Of a stretch of DNA of 64,000 bases, positions 57,207 to 64,000 are shown in pieces; the first letter of the stretch is position 1, and the number at the start of each line of letters is the position of its first letter. This DNA is from a virus. A program made the position numbers and the translations under genes. The DNA is taken from IMG/VR virus record IMGVR_UViG_3300014656_000015. The stretch is one strand, 5' to 3'. The notes under the pieces were generated by a model that saw nothing but the letters and a program-made list of their open reading frames with translations, was not told the origin of the DNA and ran no database searches.

Positions 57207-58418
57207 TCAGGTGAACACATAGCGGCCTGCTTCCTGTTTCGCAGAGGACAGTTTCACGACGGCCATCAGACCGACGTCAGCGCTCCCCTCTCCACAGGCT
57301 GTCACGGCACGGGCTGCCGCGATGTTTCTCAGGTTTACGGCGGCATTAACGTCGCGGTCATGGACGACGCCACACCCTGGACAGGACCACTTTCGGACGG
57401 ACAGCGGGAGGCTCTCGACAACGTGGCCGCAGTCGGAGCACATCTTCGACGACGGGAACCAGCGGTCAACCATGACAACCTCGGAACCTGCGAGCGGGGC
57501 CTTGTAGGTGAGCTGCCGCCTCATCTCCGACATGCTGGCATCGGCGACCGACTTGGCGAGGTGATGGTTCTTCAACATCCCGCTGACGTTCAGGTCTTCG
57601 ATGCCGATCCATCGGAAGTCTCGGACGAGCCGAGACGTCAGCTTGTGGGTCACGTCGCTTCGGATGTTGGCGATACGCTCGTGGACGCGCTGAATCCTCG
57701 CCTTCGTCTTGCGCCAGTTCTTTCCGCCTTTCGTCCGCCTCGACAACTCGCGCTGAAGTCGCTTGAGCCGCTTCTCATGGAACCGCAGGGCGCGCGGAGC
57801 TTCCACCTTCGCCCCGTCGGAGAGCACGGCGAGGTCTCGAACCCCGAGGTCTATGCCACACACCGCGTGAGTCTTGCAGGCGTGCGGGTACGACCAGCGG
57901 GAGTGATCAACCTCGACCTGGACGGAGACGAACCAGTGGTCGACGTGCTTCGTGAATCGGGCCGACAGCACCTTACCGGGGAATCGAAGCGTCTCCCTCA
58001 TGCGGAGCCAGCCGAGCTTCGGGACGCGGACACGACGGCCATCAAACGTCAGGGCTCGCGCCTCGATGGCGAACCCTTCAAGGCACCGCCCACGCTTCTT
58101 GAATCGAGGATACCCAGGCTTGGAGTTTCCAGCCTTGATGCGTCGGAAGAAGTGGCCGAAGGCAGCGCCGAGGTCAGCGAGTGCCTGGTTCGTGACCTTC
58201 CAGGGAAGCTCGGCCATCCACGGAAAGTCATCGGCCTTGCGGGCGTTCAACTCGGTGTTGAGCTGCTGCCACGACGGCTTCTCTCCGCCGTTGTAGAGTT
58301 CTTGCCAGCGGGCGAGGCCGTGGTTCCACACGAACCTCGCCGTCCCGGCGCACCGCTCGAAGAACGACGCCTGGACGTTGTTCGGATCGAGCTGAATACG
58401 CTGGCCGAGGATGGTCAC
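57207..58418 (-). CDS. tnpB: RNA-guided endonuclease TnpB
   Basis: GTARFVWN, PRFKKR, GIDLG, IEDLNV, SSKMCSDCG..CPGCG, DRDVNAA; RuvC D-E-D intact; GTG start overlaps the RHH stop. Confidence 0.95.
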   Translation of the reverse strand: MTILGQRIQLDPNNVQASFFERCAGTARFVWNHGLARWQELYNGGEKPSWQQLNTELNARKADDFPWMAELPWKVTNQALADLGAAFGHFFRRIKAGNSKPGYPRFKKRGRCLEGFAIEARALTFDGRRVRVPKLGWLRMRETLRFPGKVLSARFTKHVDHWFVSVQVEVDHSRWSYPHACKTHAVCGIDLGVRDLAVLSDGAKVEAPRALRFHEKRLKRLQRELSRRTKGGKNWRKTKARIQRVHERIANIRSDVTHKLTSRLVRDFRWIGIEDLNVSGMLKNHHLAKSVADASMSEMRRQLTYKAPLAGSEVVMVDRWFPSSKMCSDCGHVVESLPLSVRKWSCPGCGVVHDRDVNAAVNLRNIAAARAVTACGEGSADVGLMAVVKLSSAKQEAGRYVFT

Positions 58419-58552
58419 CGCTTTTTGTCCATCAGGTCGTGGAGGGCCATGCGGACGACTTCCCCCAGGGAGACGCCCAACCGCTTTGCCTCTAGACGAA
58501 GCCAGGCCAGGAGGGGAGGGTCGAGGTGGATTTCGAGTGGCTGTTTCCTCAT
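58415..58552 (-). CDS. CopG/ribbon-helix-helix protein (45 aa, not in the ORF track)
   Basis: MRKQPLEIHLDPPLLAWLRLEAKRLGVSLGEVVRMALHDLMDKKR; GTGA-coupled to tnpB. Confidence 0.75.
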   Translation of the reverse strand: MRKQPLEIHLDPPLLAWLRLEAKRLGVSLGEVVRMALHDLMDKKR

Positions 58553-58559
58553 GCTCAAG

Positions 58560-58588
58560 AGCATATATGCCAGTAAGGGCAATGTCAA
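58560..58588 (-). promoter_or_regulatory. sigma70-type promoter of the IS
   Basis: TTGACA-N17-TATGCT, 7 nt before the RHH ATG. Confidence 0.8.
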
Positions 58589-58644
58589 TAGCAATGTTCA
58601 ACTTGGCTGTTCTCAGGTGAACAGCCGAGGTCAGCTTGACATCA

Positions 58645-58683
58645 TTGACGAATACGGAGTTCGTCGATAGGGGATAGAGGCAT
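58645..58683 (-). pseudogene. probable original 5' segment of terL (MPLSPIDELRIRQ)
   Basis: Joins in frame to V57190 if the IS is removed at the TCAA junctions. Confidence 0.5.
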
Positions 58684-58686
58684 GGT

Positions 58687-58732
58687 ACCAAAGTCCGGGG
58701 TGTCCTGGGTATAAGGTCTGGACGGAAAGGAG
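58687..58732 (+). promoter_or_regulatory. ATAAG-class promoter plus RBS
   Basis: ACCAAA-N17-TATAAG...GGAAAGGAG. Confidence 0.75.
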
Positions 58733-58738
58733 ATCTAG

Positions 58739-59158
58739 ATGCCCACGATAACGGACGCTGCCCTGGCCAACTGGCTCAACGAGCTGGAGCACGGGAAGCA
58801 GACACTATGCTGTCAGCTCCCGGGACCCCTGTGGGTGCTGATCGACGGATGGCAGGGAGCCGTGCTGTCCGAGTGGTACTCCGCCAGCTTCGATCTGGAG
58901 CCCCGGGATGAGGGGGTATCGGTGTACTTCGACAACCCGGACGACGCGGACCAGGTTTGCCGCGAGCTCTATCTGAAAGGGAGGAAGCGGGAGGAACGTA
59001 TCCGGGCTCTTCGCAACCTGGTCCGGGGTCCCATCCTGTCGCTGACCGAGCGGGATCGGTGGCAGCGGATCGAGGCGGAGCACCTGGATCGGGTTATGGA
59101 TCGTCACACGAGATCCAGACTGCAGCGCCTCTTCGGCAAGGGAGGCGAGCATGGATGA
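58739..59158 (+). CDS. accessory hypothetical protein
   Basis: First gene after the promoter/RBS. Confidence 0.75.
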   Translation: MPTITDAALANWLNELEHGKQTLCCQLPGPLWVLIDGWQGAVLSEWYSASFDLEPRDEGVSVYFDNPDDADQVCRELYLKGRKREERIRALRNLVRGPILSLTERDRWQRIEAEHLDRVMDRHTRSRLQRLFGKGGEHG

Positions 59159-59516
59159 GCGTTGTGCCGCCAACCTGTCCTGGTTGGACGACGTGATCGA
59201 CCGTATCAACGGCTGGTTCAGCGATCGGTTCACGTTGACCAACATGCGGCAGAGTGCCATGGACCATCCGATCCACGGCAACGTTGTCCTGCGCCGCTAC
59301 AGCATCGTGTTCCACGGCGGCAAGTTCGAGCAGGAGATCGAACCGGAGGAGGGGGAGGAGATCGAGGAGTTCATCAAGGAGGAGTGGGACGACACACCGT
59401 GCTGGCCCGGACCTGTCATGACCTACACCGATGGGGAGTGGGACTTCTGCGAGTGGGGCAACGGCCCCGATGGGTCCCCGGAGTTCTGGATCTTCCTGGA
59501 TCCACTCGCGGAGTAG
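59151..59516 (+). CDS. acidic accessory hypothetical protein
   Basis: GGGAGG RBS; ends at GAGGAC/GTCCTC hairpin+TACTTAGC. Confidence 0.7.
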   Translation: MDERCAANLSWLDDVIDRINGWFSDRFTLTNMRQSAMDHPIHGNVVLRRYSIVFHGGKFEQEIEPEEGEEIEEFIKEEWDDTPCWPGPVMTYTDGEWDFCEWGNGPDGSPEFWIFLDPLAE

Positions 59517-59558
59517 GGGACGGAAGGAGGACTGGGGGGTCCTCTACTTAGCTCAGTA

Positions 59559-60800
59559 CTAGATCTCTCCGGCTTCGAACGCTTTGAGGATACGTTTCCG
59601 TGTCCCCGGTGTCGGGGTCTGACCATAGACAAAACCGAAGGGGCTGAGCGTCTCCACTTCCCCTGTCCGAAGTTTGAGCATTCGCTCCCGCACCTCCGGA
59701 GGAAGCGTGGCAAGACGTGTACTTTCTCGCATCAGCACTTCAGGACTCTGGTGTACGCCCCGCACGACATGGCCCTTCTTTTTTGGTAAGGCGCGCAGCA
59801 GAGCAGAGGAGGAGAACGGACCCAACGCCACTCCTTCTTCAGCAAGCTGCGCAATCTGAGGGCGCATACGGTGTAAATAGGCACCCTCCACTCTTTCCTT
59901 CAAGCCTTCGACCGGTTTCTCCACCACCCAATCCTTGCCGAGGGAACCGGTTCTTGAGAGCGCCTGGCCCTTGATCACGGCCTCGTCCATTTCGTGAGAA
60001 CGAAGCAGAGCGTCAAGGCTTTCCCTGCTCTGACCACCAACATCCCGTAGCATCGGACTCACAGACGGTGCTTCTATCGTCACCGGACGGTGGCCGACAA
60101 CAAGGGGTGCCCCTCCCACATTGATCGTCACGGGTCGAACCCCGGACATGTACCCCTCACCCATGCGAGCCAGGCGAAGCTGCTCCCCGACCTCCTTGGC
60201 TCGAGATGGCTGCCCCATCAGTTTCTTGCCCAGCTCACCACCCAGCTCACGAACAGACGGCTGCAGCCGATCCACTCCATGCCTCTCCGCCAAGCCCTGG
60301 AGACCCCTATGGATACCCCTTGTCTCCTTGCCGTAATCCAGAACCCCATGCTGAAGCAACCGACTCACGTCCTCCGCACCGAGTTGCCCCGCCCGCAAGA
60401 CGCGCTTCCACGCTGCCAACGCAGCTTTCTCCATGCCTTCACCAGCTGCTTTCCCCATCGCATCCCGATTGGTACGGGCCACGGCACGCTCCAACGCGGT
60501 TCGTTCCTGGTGAAGGGCTGGTGCGGAGGCACGACGTAGATTCGGAGCGCTACGTGCCGCGGCACGATTCAGGAGCCGCAACGCGGCCGGCGGCGGGTAC
60601 ATCGCTGTGGTGAGCGCGATCTTCTCCAACTCGTCACAGAAACCGTAGGCACGAGCCGCCTCCTTGGATCGGACGCGCTCCGGCAGCTTCTCGTCCTTGG
60701 GGGTGTGCCGCTCCCACTCCTTCACCACACCGGGCTCGATTTCACCTCGGGCCTTGGCTGCGTGGAAGAAGCGGCGTTGGGCCTCCGATTTGAAAGGCAT
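59559..60800 (-). CDS. putative internal head protein
   Basis: MPFKSEAQRR...KLPERV module, GFCDELEKIA tag, SHEMDE motif. Confidence 0.7.
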   Translation of the reverse strand: MPFKSEAQRRFFHAAKARGEIEPGVVKEWERHTPKDEKLPERVRSKEAARAYGFCDELEKIALTTAMYPPPAALRLLNRAAARSAPNLRRASAPALHQERTALERAVARTNRDAMGKAAGEGMEKAALAAWKRVLRAGQLGAEDVSRLLQHGVLDYGKETRGIHRGLQGLAERHGVDRLQPSVRELGGELGKKLMGQPSRAKEVGEQLRLARMGEGYMSGVRPVTINVGGAPLVVGHRPVTIEAPSVSPMLRDVGGQSRESLDALLRSHEMDEAVIKGQALSRTGSLGKDWVVEKPVEGLKERVEGAYLHRMRPQIAQLAEEGVALGPFSSSALLRALPKKKGHVVRGVHQSPEVLMRESTRLATLPPEVRERMLKLRTGEVETLSPFGFVYGQTPTPGTRKRILKAFEAGEI

Positions 60801-60804
60801 CGCC

Positions 60805-61038
60805 TCACCCCCGTGTAAAGGTCGTGTCCACACTCCGCATCGGGGGAGCTGACGATGGTGTTGCCGCGTACCGACTCTTCCGGAGCAGCAAGCGTTCGAT
60901 CTCCTCCTGGGTTTTCCCGCTCGGTACGGGCCGGGCCGGCGCCCGCCGAATCACACTTCCGAGACCGGCCGGGGGCCGGGTCACCAGCGCGATCTTCTCC
61001 AGCTCGTCACGGAACCCATTCAGGACTGCGGGATGCAT
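60805..61038 (-). CDS. small putative internal head protein
   Basis: MHPAVLNGFRDELEKIA. Confidence 0.65.
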   Translation of the reverse strand: MHPAVLNGFRDELEKIALVTRPPAGLGSVIRRAPARPVPSGKTQEEIERLLLRKSRYAATPSSAPPMRSVDTTFTRG

Positions 61039-61400
61039 TGCTCCACCTTGTCCAGGGCCCGGGTCAGGAAGGTCTCATCGGGGAGGCCGCCCCGAGCCAG
61101 GCCGAAGAGTGTCAGGCACCACCCATGAAACTCCGGTATCCACTCCACCCTCAACTCGTTCATCGGATCCCCGAGGTGGTACGACTCGATCATACAGTCC
61201 CAGATCCGGTAAGGGAAGACCTCGGGCCATGGCGTCCCCCGCACCCGTCGGTACAGGTGCACGATCAGATCATCGACGGACCCCATGTACTCCACCAGGA
61301 AAGTCTGGTAGCGGTCCGCAGCGATGCGGTGCTCCAGGACGGGTTGGGTCTCGGGAGTCGAGCCGACGAACCCGTCCGGGCTGGTAGCGGTTATCGACAC
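61020..61400 (-). CDS. hypothetical protein
   Basis: AGGAG RBS before GTG. Confidence 0.6.
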   Translation of the reverse strand: MSITATSPDGFVGSTPETQPVLEHRIAADRYQTFLVEYMGSVDDLIVHLYRRVRGTPWPEVFPYRIWDCMIESYHLGDPMNELRVEWIPEFHGWCLTLFGLARGGLPDETFLTRALDKVEQCIPQS

Positions 61401-61430
61401 GGTGCGCTCCTGTGTATATAGGGGTAGGGC

Positions 61431-62297
61431 CTAGAACACGATCTCCTCATCTTCCTCCTCCATCGAGGCCGGCGGGGTGTAATTGCCCCGTGTCAGCTCC
61501 TTGACCGCGGCCACCTCCGGCTTGACGTGACGCATGCGGAACGTGGAGAACGCCTCCAGCACGTCCTGGGTCGCATCCGTCGTCGCCTCGATCCCCTCCT
61601 GGGCCCACTTGGCGGCTCGGACATAGGCCAGGAAGGCCCGGGCATGCCGCTCCCCGACCGGTCTGTCGGCCATCTGCTGGATGAACATGTGGGCCAGGTT
61701 CCTGGCATCGGTGAAGACCCGGTTCCCCTCGACCCGGCGCAGGTCCGCCATCCCCATCTTCCAGAGGAGGAGCCGGAGGCCGGCGGAGTCCTTCGTGTTC
61801 AACGCGATCCGGAGCCACTCCTGGTTCGGGGTCTGGCGCTGCCCGACGAACTCGCCCCAATCCAGCGCGCTCATCGCGCTGCGGTTCCAGAAGTAGTGCT
61901 CGAACAGCCGATAGACCTCGGGCCGGATCATGGACCCGAATCGCATCTGGAGCCGGCGCACCGCGGCCTCGGGCCGAACCGGAGACAGGATCATGCTCTC
62001 CATGGCCTGCCGCAGCTCGGGCTCCTCCAGAATGGCCTTGGCCCGAGCCATGTCGTGAGTGTTCTGCCACGCCTCCTGGATGCCCTCCATCCGCAGGAAG
62101 CTCTGAGACGGGTAATGGTCGGGGGAGGCCGGGCAGAACGGGATCGGGAAGCGCATGCCCCGCTCCAGCTCCGTCACGTCGTTCTCAGTCATCCCACCCA
62201 GATCGAGCATGGTGAGCATCTCGGCGATGGCCAGCGATGTGTGGCAACGCCTCGAGACGTAGTACTTGGCGTAGTAGACAGCGGGGTGCTTGACCAT
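61431..62297 (-). CDS. hypothetical protein in the packaging region (terminase small subunit candidate)
   Basis: 288 aa helical ORF; extended -10 upstream; function inferred from position only. Confidence 0.6.
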   Translation of the reverse strand: MVKHPAVYYAKYYVSRRCHTSLAIAEMLTMLDLGGMTENDVTELERGMRFPIPFCPASPDHYPSQSFLRMEGIQEAWQNTHDMARAKAILEEPELRQAMESMILSPVRPEAAVRRLQMRFGSMIRPEVYRLFEHYFWNRSAMSALDWGEFVGQRQTPNQEWLRIALNTKDSAGLRLLLWKMGMADLRRVEGNRVFTDARNLAHMFIQQMADRPVGERHARAFLAYVRAAKWAQEGIEATTDATQDVLEAFSTFRMRHVKPEVAAVKELTRGNYTPPASMEEEDEEIVF

Positions 62298-62333
62298 GTC
62301 AGGAGGAGCGTAGCACAGGATGAGGACAGGGTT

Positions 62334-64000
62334 CTAGGCGGATAGCAGGGAGCGGACCCGATTCCGATTGGCCGCAGCCAGCGGTTGCAAGGTCTCCGCC
62401 GCCACCTTCTCCTGGGACAGGAGCAGGGTACGGAGACCGCGGCAGACCTCGTCGAGCCGCTCCATCGCGCTCTTCGCGCTGCTCTCCGGAACCTCGTCCA
62501 GACCCAGACGGGACGCGAGCAGGAGATGCGCGAGCCGGCTCACGGTCTCCTCGAGCGCGGGCAGGTACTGCACGAAGAGCCGCACGTTCTCCGGGTTGAG
62601 GAAGCCCAGGGACAAGATGTGATCCACCGTGGACACGTCCTGGAACGCGGCGGCCTCCTTCACGAGATGCGTGGTGCGCGGCAACGCTTCCCAGAGCTTG
62701 CGAACCTCGGTGCGGGCCGCGGCCAGCTTCTCCCGATGCTGCGATCCGTCACCGAGGACGCGGCAACCCCGGACCCGTACCCGGTACCGCTTGCTAGCCG
62801 TCTTCAGCATCTCGGCGGCCCGTGACTCGGACAGACCCAGACCCACCGCCAGGAACATGGCATCGCTGTGCTCCAGGGACCGGGTCCACCTGGACCCGAT
62901 CTTCTGCAGGGGCTCCCCCTCGAAGCTCCAGGTCGAGCCGTCGGAGCGCACACTGACGATGGAGGCGTCCCGGAGCATGGACTCCTTCACGAAGTCGGCG
63001 GCCTGATCCACCAGGGGTATCACGTGCTCCGGGAACGGGGCCCAACGCACCGTGTCCGGAATCGCGTAGGTCTTCCCTTCATCGTCCTCGTCAACTTCGG
63101 TCAGCTCGCGGAGGCCCGGGACCAGGCTCAGCTTCAGTGGTTCCCCCTCCAAGGTATGGCACAGCAGGAGCACCGGCCCCTCCTCGGTGCGGGTCGCGCC
63201 TTCCATCTGGACCGGCTGGAACGCGATCACGTTGCCGGTCGAGGCCACATGGTAGAAGAAGCCCTGCTGCGGTTTTCCGTCCGCCCCACGCTCCAGTGGA
63301 TTGGCCCTGATGATGTTGGAGCCCTTGCCGACCAGACTGCCCACGATCTGGTCCTGGATGCCGCATTCGGATCCGTTGGTGAACAGCTTGTAGGTCTTGG
63401 TGGTTCCGTCAAACCCGATGACATCGGGGAAGACCCATCCCATCAGCTCCCGACCATCCCTGGACTTGACCCGGTACTCCCCGAAGCTCTCGATGGGCTC
63501 GATTCGATCCGACTCGAGCTGCTCCCGGACCACGGGCTGAGTCGAGACGGTGCGCTCCCCCACCTCGTCCACGCTCTCCACGATGTCGGGACCCGCGAGC
63601 CCCTCCATCTCGAAACGATCCGTCTCCACCTGCTCCGGCTCGAAGCTATCGACGGACGCCGTCTTCAAGATGTAGGTCTCGCCACGCCGACTGACCTGGA
63701 TCAGGTCTGGCACCCGGCGCGCTGCCAACTTGACCACCTGGTCCGTTGTGAGCGGGCTCGCCGTCTTCAGGATCTCCAGGCTGGGCCGGCTCGCCGGGTT
63801 CGCTGCCAGGTACAGGAGCAGGTCCGGGTCCTTGCCGAGCTCGGCCTGCAACCGGCCCAACGCCTCCTTGGTCATGGTGGGAAGCAGCGAGGCCAGGAGC
63901 GAGCGGTCCGAGCCCATCTTCATCGTGCTGTTGTGGATCTCCCCACTCATGTCTCCGTAGTGCCGGGACTCCGTGGGCGGATGCAGCGACGCCTGCATCG
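62334..64000 (-). CDS. large putative head protein, 5'-truncated by the window edge
   Basis: At least 554 aa with many KTA/KLA/KEA/KVA sites; TVDHILSLGFLNPENV. Confidence 0.75.
   Translation of the reverse strand, partial: MQASLHPPTESRHYGDMSGEIHNSTMKMGSDRSLLASLLPTMTKEALGRLQAELGKDPDLLLYLAANPASRPSLEILKTASPLTTDQVVKLAARRVPDLIQVSRRGETYILKTASVDSFEPEQVETDRFEMEGLAGPDIVESVDEVGERTVSTQPVVREQLESDRIEPIESFGEYRVKSRDGRELMGWVFPDVIGFDGTTKTYKLFTNGSECGIQDQIVGSLVGKGSNIIRANPLERGADGKPQQGFFYHVASTGNVIAFQPVQMEGATRTEEGPVLLLCHTLEGEPLKLSLVPGLRELTEVDEDDEGKTYAIPDTVRWAPFPEHVIPLVDQAADFVKESMLRDASIVSVRSDGSTWSFEGEPLQKIGSRWTRSLEHSDAMFLAVGLGLSESRAAEMLKTASKRYRVRVRGCRVLGDGSQHREKLAAARTEVRKLWEALPRTTHLVKEAAAFQDVSTVDHILSLGFLNPENVRLFVQYLPALEETVSRLAHLLLASRLGLDEVPESSAKSAMERLDEVCRGLRTLLLSQEKVAAETLQPLAAANRNRVRSLLSA

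Larger units (their letters stand above)
57191..58644 (-). mobile_element. non-autonomous IS200/IS605-family (IS1341-like) element carrying RHH + TnpB
   Basis: Related subterminal hairpins sharing TCTCAGGTGAACA (57205-57217 and 58611-58623); right end GGTTCAA; no TnpA; left junction uncertain within 58635-58644. Confidence 0.8.

Noticed and set aside
57191-58644. IStron (group I intron) explanation for the terL interruption
   Set aside because: Only ~90 nt separate the left end from the RHH gene, too short for a group I core; an in-frame restart is the simpler explanation
57198-58670. 490 aa plus-strand ORF across the IS
   Set aside because: Antisense shadow of tnpB and the RHH gene

Overview
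GC-rich 64 kb segment of a large contractile-tailed (myovirus-like, probably jumbo) phage. Genes are densely packed and mostly on the minus strand. It carries a virion morphogenesis module: terminase large subunit, putative prohead protease, scaffold-like and internal head proteins, decoration protein, major capsid protein, neck proteins, tail sheath, tail tube, a tail assembly chaperone with a -1 frameshift, and a tape-measure-like protein. It also carries nucleic-acid and accessory genes (DinG helicase, RNase HII, a truncated C5 methyltransferase, GroES, Fe-S cluster proteins) and an AT-rich origin-like region. Standout observations: (1) a recurring protein tag F-x-D-E-L-x-K-[IL]-A plus many K-x-[AG] sites in head-region proteins, a candidate capsid-targeting and maturation signal; (2) a phage-specific expression grammar (AA-rich hexamer-N17-[TGC]ATAAG promoter, GGAAAGGAG RBS, hairpin+TTAG end) framing small accessory genes and several gene-less, structured sRNA candidates, one exactly complementary to that RBS; (3) an RHH+TnpB IS200/IS605-type element in the 5' end of the terminase gene that supplies a replacement in-frame start; (4) apparently inactive DNA ligase and LAGLIDADG homologues. 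All family assignments come from motif recognition by eye, not database searches.
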